32,000 nucleotides of DNA. Source: Idiomarina loihiensis L2TR (GTDB lineage: Bacteria; Pseudomonadota; Gammaproteobacteria; Enterobacterales; Alteromonadaceae). The notes below the pieces were generated by a model, which had not been told where the DNA came from, searched no databases, and saw only the letters and a program-made list of their open reading frames with translations. Location: the NCBI RefSeq assembly GCF_000008465.1, contig NC_006512.1, positions 2,310,001 through 2,342,000 of the forward strand, written 5' to 3'. The position numbers and the translations under genes were made by a program. Of the stretch, positions 1-7,429 are shown piece by piece. Every line of letters starts with the position of its first letter. Positions within the stretch are counted from its first letter, which is position 1.

Positions 1-68
1 GCCTATTACTCAGCCCCTTTTCTTTTTCCGAGTCGCTGATAAGCGGCAACGAAATTGTCGGCGGCTGG

Positions 69-1436
69 ATGCTTCGCATGGTTGCTTATACTCTTGTGGC
101 CACTATGGCGGGAATGGTTGCCAAAGTCATAAAAGAATTAAGTGGTGCCGAACAAACGGCCAAATTCAAATACCAGGGAACCGACCTTCCCAATATCAAC
201 GCCCTGCTAAGACAGTTAGAAAGCATTGGCCATGGAAAAGGCAGTTCACCCGATGACCTGGTCGATATTTTCAACTTCCGCTTACAGAATATGGACAAAA
301 TTCAGCAGCAAGTAGGAACTGAAAAAGCCAACGAACTTGTTAAGCAAATGGCTGTTCAACTGAAAAAACTCCTTGGAGACCAGGTGCAAGTTGGTCAGAC
401 ATCAAGAAACGAATTGGTTGGGGTTCGCTCTGAAGCTGAAGAAAACTCAAAAGAACTTCAACAAAAAATAGAAAGCTTTTTGGAGCAACCCATAGTCATT
501 GACGGTGTTTCTTATCAAATGGACAGCACCGCTGGTGTGCTTAGGGTGAAAAAAGAACAACTTAAAGAAGACCACCAGAAAGTTTTCGACGAAGCTCAGT
601 CACACGCCTTCAATGCCTTTCAAAAGAAACAACAGTTTTCGTTTCTGGAACAAAATGAGGCCATTGATCAAATTGAAGAGGTCACTTTTTCGCGTCAGTT
701 TAGCGAGGCAATGAAGAATAATGATATTCAGCTTTACTATCAGCCACGCCTGAACACCAATTCAGGCTACTTTTCGGTACTGGAAGTTTCAGCCAAGTGG
801 GTGCACCCCAAGCGGGGGAGTATGAGTTTAGAAGAATTTAAGCCAATGATAGAAGAGGCTTCTTTAACTCAGCAATTTACGTCATGGATTATTCAACGCA
901 CATTTAAAGACCTGCGGGTATGGCAAAAACAAAAAGTGACTGTACGCGTCGCTATTAACGTGACCATTAATGACATTGTCGACCCGCTTGTACTTAATGT
1001 GTTAGCGCACGAGCTGCAGGAAACCAAATTTCCAGCACAAAATATTAATATCGAGGTCAGTGAACGAGCCTTAATGTCACTGTCAGACAAATCGAAACGC
1101 TATCTGGAACGTCTACGCAGCATTGGCTGTAATGTTATTGCCTCGCATTTTGGGGAAGGCCGCTCCACTATACAGTCACTTTTTGTGCTGCCTGTAGATG
1201 CGGTAAAACTGTCTGAGGAATTAGTGCAAAAAGCCACGTCTCACAGCGATCAAAAACGAGAGTTAGCCTCTATGATCAAAATGGCCAGAGCCCGAGGTTT
1301 AACAACCATAGCCACGGGCATCAATGATCGCGCCAAGCTGCTACTGTTAAAGCAAATAGGGTGTGAGGAATTACAAGGCTCTATTCTCAGTAAGTCATTG
1401 AAGAAATCAGAGATACCCTGGGCACGGATACGATAA
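69..1436 (+). CDS. Degenerate EAL-domain protein, probably a catalytically inactive c-di-GMP signalling protein; possibly 5'-truncated by the window edge
   Basis: The C-terminal half shows EAL-domain landmarks by eye, several of them degenerate: YYQPRL; LEVSAKW where EALxRW is expected; INVT; IEVSE; SHFGEG where DDFGTG is expected; ATGIN where AEGVE is expected. The frame has no stop from nt 3 to the ATG at 69, so the true start may lie upstream of the window. The TAA stop overlaps the next ATG by 1 nt (TAATG at 1434-1438). Confidence 0.75.
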   Translation: MLRMVAYTLVATMAGMVAKVIKELSGAEQTAKFKYQGTDLPNINALLRQLESIGHGKGSSPDDLVDIFNFRLQNMDKIQQQVGTEKANELVKQMAVQLKKLLGDQVQVGQTSRNELVGVRSEAEENSKELQQKIESFLEQPIVIDGVSYQMDSTAGVLRVKKEQLKEDHQKVFDEAQSHAFNAFQKKQQFSFLEQNEAIDQIEEVTFSRQFSEAMKNNDIQLYYQPRLNTNSGYFSVLEVSAKWVHPKRGSMSLEEFKPMIEEASLTQQFTSWIIQRTFKDLRVWQKQKVTVRVAINVTINDIVDPLVLNVLAHELQETKFPAQNINIEVSERALMSLSDKSKRYLERLRSIGCNVIASHFGEGRSTIQSLFVLPVDAVKLSEELVQKATSHSDQKRELASMIKMARARGLTTIATGINDRAKLLLLKQIGCEELQGSILSKSLKKSEIPWARIR

Positions 1437-3700
1437 TGAGAGATGAAAGAGAGTTAACACTGCACAGAGCGTCGCACAAACGCTTTTTCAAACGGCCGGA
1501 AGTTGTTTTGGCGCTCAGCTATATTATTGCTGCTATTGTCTGGGAAATAAGCACTAACGCCCTAATTCCTAAGCTACCGGTAGAAGCCGACATAAAAACC
1601 ACCTTAATTCAATGGGAACCCTGGGCATTTGTCGCATTATCCGTCGTTTTTCTGTTTTTCTTTATTCGCCGCATTTGGTTCTTACGGTTTAAAAAGTCTC
1701 GTGAGTTACTGCATAGCTATCTCGGCAACAGCCCAACCGTACACTATGAGCTTAGGGCTCTCGATTCCGGCTTCTGCGTCGACTGGGTAAGCACAAACTG
1801 CGAACGCATTCTGGGATACTCAACAGAAGAGGTAATGGCACCGGGCTGGTGGCTGAACAACATTCATCCTAACGACGTAAAAACAGTAAAGAAAACAGCT
1901 TTACGCGGCTTTGAAGAAGAACAATTTGTTTGTGAATACCGCTTTCGTCACCAACAGGGGCATTACGTTTGGGTTAGAGACGAGGTACGTCGCAGCAGTC
2001 AGAAACCGCTGCGCTTTCAGGGATCCTGGACGAATATTTCTGCCGACTACTATGATACCACCAGCATTAATTCCGGGAAAAGCTCAGAGCATGACGTGTT
2101 GTCAGGCATTGCGCTTTTGGACGGGCGCCGTCGGGTAATAGCGATTGATACACCATTTACCGACATTTCTGGCTTGAACGAATCAGCCTGTCTGAATTCA
2201 AGACTCGAGGAACTCCTATCAGCAACGGAAATTGATGATATTGACGGAGGCTTCCCCTGTAACCAGAGTATTTTGATAGTGGGTCGCGATATAGATAAAC
2301 AGCGTTACTCTGCCATTTTAACCGTTCGTGAAGCCCCGGCTAGTTTCCCCGGGGAAGCGGCCTACATTGCGACATTAAGCGATGTCACCCGAATGAAATT
2401 GCAGCAGCGGCAATTGCAAAAGCTGGCCTTTTTTAACGACTTAACCGGTTTACCTAACAGCAACTCGCTGGCACTGGATTTAACCCGGTTATTAGATGAA
2501 TTGCCCAGCGACAGGTTGGCTGCCGTCATTGTAATGAACGTTAATCATTTCCATCAGGTGAATGACCAGTATGGCCATCATATTGGCGATAAGATTTTAC
2601 AACGCCTGGCGCTTAGACTGAAAAAAGCCGTTCCCTTCGGTACCAAACTTTATAACCTCGGTGGTGATGAATTTGCCGTCGTTTTGAATCATATTGTTGA
2701 ATACATCGATATTCAGAACATTATTTTGGAAATTCAGGCCGCGTACGAACCGCCATTCATATTGTCGGACAGCCAGCGGCAGGTGCAACTGGCAGCCAGC
2801 ATTGGCGCCAGCGTTTACCCACTCGACGGCTACGATGCCGAAAAGCTTCTGGCTCAGGCCAATTTGGCAATGAACTCTGCTAAAGACGAGCACAATGAGA
2901 GCAGCACTTACTTTAAACAAGAGCTGGAAACCCGCTCTTACGATGAAATTCAATTAGAAGAAGACGTCCGCAGTGTGTTGCAAACCGGGCAAATGCAGTT
3001 GGTGTATCAACCCGTGCTTAACATGCAGCATCAGGTGGTCGGCGTTGAGGCTCTGCTGCGCTGGGAGCACCCCGACCTTGGCTCATTAAAACCCGACCAG
3101 TTCCTGCCACAATTTGATGCCAATGGCATGCTGGACACCCTGGGAGTATGGGTGGTTGAACAGGTTATCGAGCAAATTGATCTCTGGCAGGAGCAAGACA
3201 CCGTTCCGGGAAAAATCGGTATTAATTTGGCAACCGAGCAAATTTCACAGAAGCTTTATCAGACAGTCAGCCAGTTTGTTAAAAAGACCCCAAAGCTAGC
3301 GGCAAAACTGGAATTTGATTTAAGTGAAAGCAGCTTACAAGAACCGCTGCCGCACACTCTGGAAATTATTGAACAGTTGCATCAGCTTGGTATAACTCTG
3401 GTTATTGACCGGTTCGGTAAAGGTGTTGCCAGTATGCTGCATTTGAAAACCATGCCGGTGAGTAAAATTAAAATAGAAAGAGAGTTTATTCGCGATCTTG
3501 ATACTAACGAACGCTCGCGCAATTTGGTGCGTGCGGTTATTCGCATGACCTCAGAGCTGGGGTTGGAAGTACAAGCGGTAGGCGTAGAAAACCAAGCACA
3601 GTTAGATACACTCGCCGAATTTGGTTGCCACTACTGGCAGGGTAAGCTTTACATGTTACCGCAAACCGCCGACACCGTATTTACTCAGGACACTAACTAG
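1436..3700 (+). CDS. Membrane-anchored PAS-GGDEF-EAL protein (diguanylate cyclase/phosphodiesterase family)
   Basis: The 754-aa ORF has two N-terminal hydrophobic segments and a PAS-like block (WVSTNCERILGYSTEEV...YRFRHQQGHYVWVRDE). The GGDEF motif is intact (NLGGDEFAVVL). The EAL block includes YQPVLNMQHQVVGVEALLRWEHP, but with DRFGKG and AVGVE variants of DDFGTG and AEGVE. It is translationally coupled to the upstream EAL gene. Confidence 0.9.
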   Translation: MRDERELTLHRASHKRFFKRPEVVLALSYIIAAIVWEISTNALIPKLPVEADIKTTLIQWEPWAFVALSVVFLFFFIRRIWFLRFKKSRELLHSYLGNSPTVHYELRALDSGFCVDWVSTNCERILGYSTEEVMAPGWWLNNIHPNDVKTVKKTALRGFEEEQFVCEYRFRHQQGHYVWVRDEVRRSSQKPLRFQGSWTNISADYYDTTSINSGKSSEHDVLSGIALLDGRRRVIAIDTPFTDISGLNESACLNSRLEELLSATEIDDIDGGFPCNQSILIVGRDIDKQRYSAILTVREAPASFPGEAAYIATLSDVTRMKLQQRQLQKLAFFNDLTGLPNSNSLALDLTRLLDELPSDRLAAVIVMNVNHFHQVNDQYGHHIGDKILQRLALRLKKAVPFGTKLYNLGGDEFAVVLNHIVEYIDIQNIILEIQAAYEPPFILSDSQRQVQLAASIGASVYPLDGYDAEKLLAQANLAMNSAKDEHNESSTYFKQELETRSYDEIQLEEDVRSVLQTGQMQLVYQPVLNMQHQVVGVEALLRWEHPDLGSLKPDQFLPQFDANGMLDTLGVWVVEQVIEQIDLWQEQDTVPGKIGINLATEQISQKLYQTVSQFVKKTPKLAAKLEFDLSESSLQEPLPHTLEIIEQLHQLGITLVIDRFGKGVASMLHLKTMPVSKIKIEREFIRDLDTNERSRNLVRAVIRMTSELGLEVQAVGVENQAQLDTLAEFGCHYWQGKLYMLPQTADTVFTQDTN

Positions 3701-4262
3701 CCCGGTCTGCCATTAAGGCCTCATAAACCTGAGTAATATGAGGATCGTTGACGCCCAGTTGCTGTAGCGCCAACTGCAACTTGACCAGGTATTCGGCATT
3801 GGGCCCGCTGGGGCCGGACGAACGAGCGATATGGCTGGCAATTTCCGACGCCGTAGCCTCGCCAAGAAACGCTTCATTGTCTTCTGTCGCAATATAAACA
3901 AGGCCTTCTTGTTGGCTGCCGTCACGAAAACTCATCGGCGTAGTAAATCTTAAATAACCGTTTTTCTCACGATGATCTAAATGCTCGAACACATCGGGTG
4001 AGACTTTGTAGGCCATTCCCGTGCATTCTTCACCCGGAGTTTCTGTTAAAGTCAGTACCCTGCCCGGAGCTTCTGGTGTGCCTCGATGGTCGTGCGACCC
4101 TTGCCAAAAACGTCGTGACCAACCTTGTATTGAGGCAGCCGCCCGTTCCAGATACGGAAAGTCGACTTTATAAATCAGTGAGCCATAACCAAATAACCAG
4201 ACAGCCTCCAGGCCACTTAAGTCCTGCCGCTCTTTATTCATTGCAATGGTATCGTGTGACAT
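3693..4262 (-). CDS. chaC: ChaC-family gamma-glutamylcyclotransferase (glutathione-specific)
   Basis: The 189-aa ORF carries the ChaC/GGCT signature WLFGYGSLIYKVDFPY followed by FWQGSHDHRGTPEAPGRVLTL. Its 3' end overlaps the convergent GGDEF-EAL gene by 8 nt. Confidence 0.85.
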   Translation of the reverse strand: MSHDTIAMNKERQDLSGLEAVWLFGYGSLIYKVDFPYLERAAASIQGWSRRFWQGSHDHRGTPEAPGRVLTLTETPGEECTGMAYKVSPDVFEHLDHREKNGYLRFTTPMSFRDGSQQEGLVYIATEDNEAFLGEATASEIASHIARSSGPSGPNAEYLVKLQLALQQLGVNDPHITQVYEALMADRAS

Positions 4263-4348
4263 ACTGCTCAGTTGCCTATTCTCGCTTGGTGCTTTGTAGC
4301 CTGACGTTTACGTCAGGAACTATATCTCACCTGACATGAATGTCATAT

Positions 4349-4361
4349 ATGGTCCCCTCCC
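4349..4361. repeat. Left (transposase-distal) inverted repeat of the IS
   Basis: atggtcccctccc is the exact reverse complement of 5708-5720. Confidence 0.85.
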
Positions 4362-4607
4362 GTTTTGCAACGGCAACTCGTGGTAAATGTCGGGGCGCTC
4401 GCATATATACGGCCTGTTTATGGTGCGCGCTTTGCGCACCTGGCCTGGATGAACTCCGCACGACAACTGGCTTATCAGGCTAACGTACTTTATGTACGGA
4501 CGTTCAACAGTCTCAGTTGTCGTCGGTTTACCCTATTTTACCATCCTGTTGACGTTTGCAACTCCCGGAAGGAATGAACCTTCGCTGTGCTCTTTTACTG
4601 AATGCTG
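4362..4607 (-). ncRNA. Candidate IS-encoded bridge/seek RNA (3' non-coding region of an IS1111-like element)
   Basis: This ~245-nt region between the transposase stop and the left IR has no credible ORF but dense secondary-structure potential. A 10-bp long-range stem pairs 4460-4469 (acgacaactg) with 4514-4523 (cagttgtcgt). A hairpin pairs 4422-4428 with 4434-4440 (ggtgcgc/gcgcacc). A third hairpin is ccgtt-ttgc-aacgg at about 4360-4373. Inside the long-range stem, 4474-4482 (atcaggcta) is identical to the flanking target DNA at 5724-5732. RNA ends and expression are unknown. Confidence 0.35.
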
Positions 4608-5639
4608 TTAAGCAGCAGTCATCCGGTAATCTTCTTTATTCTTTAACATCGCCCAGATTATCCGGGCGTGCTTGTTAGCCAGTGCCACCGCTGCAACGTT
4701 GTTGCCTCTGCGTTTAGCGACATCCTGTGCCCAGAGGCTCAGCCTGTCGTGGCGCTGTTGTGCCACCCGCAGTGCCGAGCGGGCGCCATGCACCAGCAGT
4801 GTCCTGAGTTTGGTGTTCCCTTTTTTGGTAATACCGCCTAAACGGTCTTTACCGCCACTGCTGTTTTGCCGTGGTACCAGTCCCAGGTATTCCGACAGGT
4901 TGCGGCCGCGTTTAAATTCACTCACATCACCTATCAGTGCCAGCAGCGAGGTCGCTGTTATCGGTCCGATACCCGGCAGGGTCATCAGCCGCTGACTGTC
5001 TTCATTCCTTTCGGCCTGTGTCGCTAAGTGCTTATCCAGCGCTTTAACTTCTTCATCCACCGCTCGCAGCATCTGATAGAGCCGGTTGATGAGGTCCCGT
5101 GACTGAAGCGTCAGCGCATTGCTGTCGTCTTCCAGTACCTCCGGTACTCTCTGTAATATCGTACCGACTCGCTTCGGTAAAAGAATGCCGTATTCGGCCA
5201 GTTGCCCCCGCAACCTATTCGAGAACTGCGTTCTCGTCTGCACGAAGCCTTCCCGCTGATTGACCATCAATGCTAAGTCCTGCTGCTCAATGCTTTTCAG
5301 CCTGACCGTCTGACGGTTGGGTCGTGATGCCGCCTCGGCTATTGCCCGGGCGTCATTCGCATCGTTCTTCTCACCCTGCAGGTACGCTTTGACGAAACGC
5401 GGTGGCAACGCCACCGTTTTATAACCCAGCTTTTCACATTCGCGGCGCCAGTAATGACTCATGCCGCAGGACTCAACCGCTACTTCACAGTCATCCGTAC
5501 GGCTCAGCGTCGCCAGCTTCGCTAACACTTTATTGCTGCGCAGTTTTTTATTAAAAACTTCCTGCTCATTTTCATCCAGCGCCAAAACCTGAATAAAATC
5601 CTTTGCCAAATCCAGGGCAATTCTGTTTACAATAGCCAT
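4608..5639 (-). CDS. IS110-family transposase/recombinase (DEDD RuvC-like N-domain plus C-terminal Tnp domain)
   Basis: The N-terminus MAIVNRIALDLAKDF, then VESCGMSHYW and KNDANDARAIAE, fit the DEDD motif. The C-terminal LPGIGPITATSLLALIGDVSEFKRGRNLSEYLGLVPRQNSSGGK...KKGNTKLRTLLV fits the IS110 Transposase_20-type domain. I place the start at the ATG at 5639, which follows a GGAGAGG SD. The track ORF start at 5720 would run into the terminal inverted repeat. Confidence 0.9.
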   Translation of the reverse strand: MAIVNRIALDLAKDFIQVLALDENEQEVFNKKLRSNKVLAKLATLSRTDDCEVAVESCGMSHYWRRECEKLGYKTVALPPRFVKAYLQGEKNDANDARAIAEAASRPNRQTVRLKSIEQQDLALMVNQREGFVQTRTQFSNRLRGQLAEYGILLPKRVGTILQRVPEVLEDDSNALTLQSRDLINRLYQMLRAVDEEVKALDKHLATQAERNEDSQRLMTLPGIGPITATSLLALIGDVSEFKRGRNLSEYLGLVPRQNSSGGKDRLGGITKKGNTKLRTLLVHGARSALRVAQQRHDRLSLWAQDVAKRRGNNVAAVALANKHARIIWAMLKNKEDYRMTAA

Positions 5640-5707
5640 TGGTCCTCTCCACTCTGTTCTATAGAAGCTTGAACCTCTATATTGGCACATTGCGATGCCG
5701 CTTAGGA

Positions 5708-5720
5708 GGGAGGGGACCAT
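5708..5720. repeat. Right (transposase-proximal) inverted repeat of the IS
   Basis: gggaggggaccat is the exact reverse complement of 4349-4361. Confidence 0.85.
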
Positions 5721-5729
5721 CTCATCAGG

Positions 5730-7283
5730 CTACAGCGGCTTGTAGCCGATACGGAAGCCGCCCCAATGTTTTCCATTTACATAAACGGGTACCGATAAGT
5801 CGTGCATAACCTCGCCGGTATCGCGCTTATAGGTCTGTAACAATAACGTTTGCGTGTGAGCTCCGCAACGTGCCCCGGTTTTGTCATTAAATAGCCGACG
5901 CGAGCGGTTGCCGACCAGGTCTTTCTTCGGGTCACCTGTTAACGGTTTATTAAACGCGTCGTTGTGCCGCGCTACATAGCCTTTCGGGTCAGTGGCTATA
6001 GCGTAAATAATGTGTTCATGTCGTTTCAGAGTAGGCTCCTGAATAGCGGGTAATATACTCTCGAAAAACTCCGTGTATGGTGTCTTGTATTTTACCGGCT
6101 CGGTTCCGGGAACCGCTTGATAATCACGGGAAAACAGTTGAGCTGACGTCAGCTCGCCTTGCTCAACAGCCTGCTCCAAACGTTGGCCTAGTTGTTCAGC
6201 GGCGTCCGTTGCGGCCTGGTAAATCACTTTATGTTCAGCGTCGGCATCATTTTCAACCAGGTGCGCGAACAATTGCTCCGACTGCAATTCCAGTTGCTCG
6301 GCCTGCCCGCTTACGTCATCCAGTTGCTGGTATTGTTCAGATAAGTCTGAGTTTACAGAATGCAGAAGCTCACCATTACGGGAAAGATCCTCTGCGTTCT
6401 CACCCATTAATCCGGTAATTTTTTGCAGTTGCTGCTCCACGGTTTCGGCTTGTTCTACAATGCTGGCCAGTTGTTCAACAATGCCCTCGGTTGTTTCCGA
6501 CTGCTGTTCAATGTGCTTTGACAGTTGCTCAATATTATTGACCGCAACCGTGGTTTCATTATGAATCGCTTCCACCAAATTACTCACTTCTACGGTTGCA
6601 TCCGAAGTTCGTCCGGCCAGCGTTCTGACTTCATCGGCTACAACCGCAAAGCCACGACCATGTTCACCGGCACGCGCCGACTCTATCGATGCATTCAGCG
6701 CCAGCAAGTTGGTTTGCTCTGCAATACTGTCAATAACCTGGGTCACTTTACGAATATCATCGGCTTTAGCCTGCAGACCTCTGACCGCTTCCGCACTTTC
6801 TCGGCTGTCCGCCACTACCAGAGCTATCTTCTGAGTGAGTTGCTTTATTCTCTCGCGGCCTTCGTGGCTTATCTGCTTGGTTTGCTCTGCAGCAACAGCC
6901 ACTTCCGATGAAAAGCTTTCTATTCCCTTCGCCCGTTCGCTCACTCGTGACGAGTTATCCACACTCTCTTTCAAACGCTCGACAATATCCGCCAAAACGG
7001 TTTTAAAACGGCTTATCGCAAAACTAAGCTCTGCCGTTGCTATTGCATTTTTACCGGAGTTTTCGGCCAGCTGATCCGTGCCCTCTCCCTCAGAGGGCTC
7101 TTCATCATCCGCTATTCCGGCGGCGCTAAAATAACGGGCATAAAACCAGCTCAGGGCAATAAATAATAAGCTTTGCAGACATAACTGCAGCCACAACCAG
7201 GGCACAAAAGCAAGGACAAGGACACCGGCGGCTATTGCCAAAGCCGTTATCAATAAAGGAGGTTTCACATCAACTGTGGACAT
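5730..7283 (-). CDS. Methyl-accepting chemotaxis protein with a TM hairpin anchor and a C-terminal cytoplasmic sensor-like domain
   Basis: The MCP signalling hairpin is present ([40 protein letters not shown]). The N-terminus has two adjacent hydrophobic helices with no periplasmic domain between them. About 170 aa follow the signalling domain and end in [18 protein letters not shown], which looks like a Cache/PAS-type beta-sheet. Confidence 0.9.
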   Translation of the reverse strand: MSTVDVKPPLLITALAIAAGVLVLAFVPWLWLQLCLQSLLFIALSWFYARYFSAAGIADDEEPSEGEGTDQLAENSGKNAIATAELSFAISRFKTVLADIVERLKESVDNSSRVSERAKGIESFSSEVAVAAEQTKQISHEGRERIKQLTQKIALVVADSRESAEAVRGLQAKADDIRKVTQVIDSIAEQTNLLALNASIESARAGEHGRGFAVVADEVRTLAGRTSDATVEVSNLVEAIHNETTVAVNNIEQLSKHIEQQSETTEGIVEQLASIVEQAETVEQQLQKITGLMGENAEDLSRNGELLHSVNSDLSEQYQQLDDVSGQAEQLELQSEQLFAHLVENDADAEHKVIYQAATDAAEQLGQRLEQAVEQGELTSAQLFSRDYQAVPGTEPVKYKTPYTEFFESILPAIQEPTLKRHEHIIYAIATDPKGYVARHNDAFNKPLTGDPKKDLVGNRSRRLFNDKTGARCGAHTQTLLLQTYKRDTGEVMHDLSVPVYVNGKHWGGFRIGYKPL

Positions 7284-7329
7284 TTATCTGCTTCCGTAAG
7301 GCGTAAAAAACGCAACGTACCATGTATAA

Positions 7330-7356
7330 TTATCGAACAGTTTCCATGAAACTTTA
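7330..7356 (-). promoter_or_regulatory. Sigma-28 (FliA)-type promoter for the MCP gene
   Basis: The minus strand reads TAAAGTTT-N11-TTCGATAA. The enterobacterial FliA consensus is TAAAGTTT-N11-GCCGATAA, so the -35 matches 8/8 and the -10 matches 6/8 with the CGATAA core intact. The -10 ends about 46 nt upstream of the ATG at 7283. Confidence 0.6.
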
Positions 7357-7386
7357 TGGTGCTGCACTACGACCTTGGTAGCAGGT

Positions 7387-7418
7387 GCAGACGGGCAACG
7401 CACCCGCCTGCGGTTTTT
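7387..7418. terminator. Hairpin at the 3' end of the 639-aa membrane-protein gene
   Basis: The stem is gcagacggg (7387-7395) / cccgcctgc (7403-7411) with one G-U pair and a 7-nt loop. The T-tract (ggttttt, 7412-7418) lies on the plus-strand side, so the minus-strand gene it follows gets a stem without a U-tract. Function is uncertain. Confidence 0.3.
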
Positions 7419-7429
7419 AAGGTTGGAAA

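Larger units (their letters stand above)
4349..5720 (-). mobile_element. IS110-family (IS1111-subgroup-like) insertion sequence, single copy in this window
   Basis: A perfect 13-bp inverted repeat (atggtcccctccc at 4349-4361, gggaggggaccat at 5708-5720) brackets one IS110-type transposase gene plus about 245 nt of structured non-coding DNA 3' of it. It lies in the chaC/MCP intergenic region, 9 nt past the MCP stop codon. The exact ends are ambiguous by a few nt because AT is present at both junctions. Confidence 0.8.

Noticed and set aside
3998-4577. Plus-strand ORFs of 113 aa (antisense to chaC) and 70 aa (inside the IS 3' non-coding region).
   Set aside because: The first is a shadow of chaC. 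The second lies in the hairpin-dense region better explained as structured RNA, and it lacks an SD.
5640-5720. N-terminal 27-codon extension of the transposase ORF given in the track (start at 5720).
   Set aside because: The extension would begin inside the terminal inverted repeat and has no SD. The internal ATG at 5639 has a GGAGAGG SD and yields the canonical IS110 N-terminus MAIVNRIALDLAK.
5728-5747. Hairpin ggctaca-N6-tgtagcc near the right IS junction, with a similar tgtagcc at 4296-4302 in the left flank. I considered it as a possible target duplication or REP element.
   Set aside because: The right copy lies within the last MCP codons (IGYKPL and the stop). The shared 7-mer is too short and is not adjacent to the IS ends, so it is probably coincidence.
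6077-7074. Three plus-strand ORFs (113, 128 and 79 aa) inside the MCP gene.
   Set aside because: They are antisense to a gene with an unmistakable MCP signalling domain. They have no SD and no recognisable motifs.
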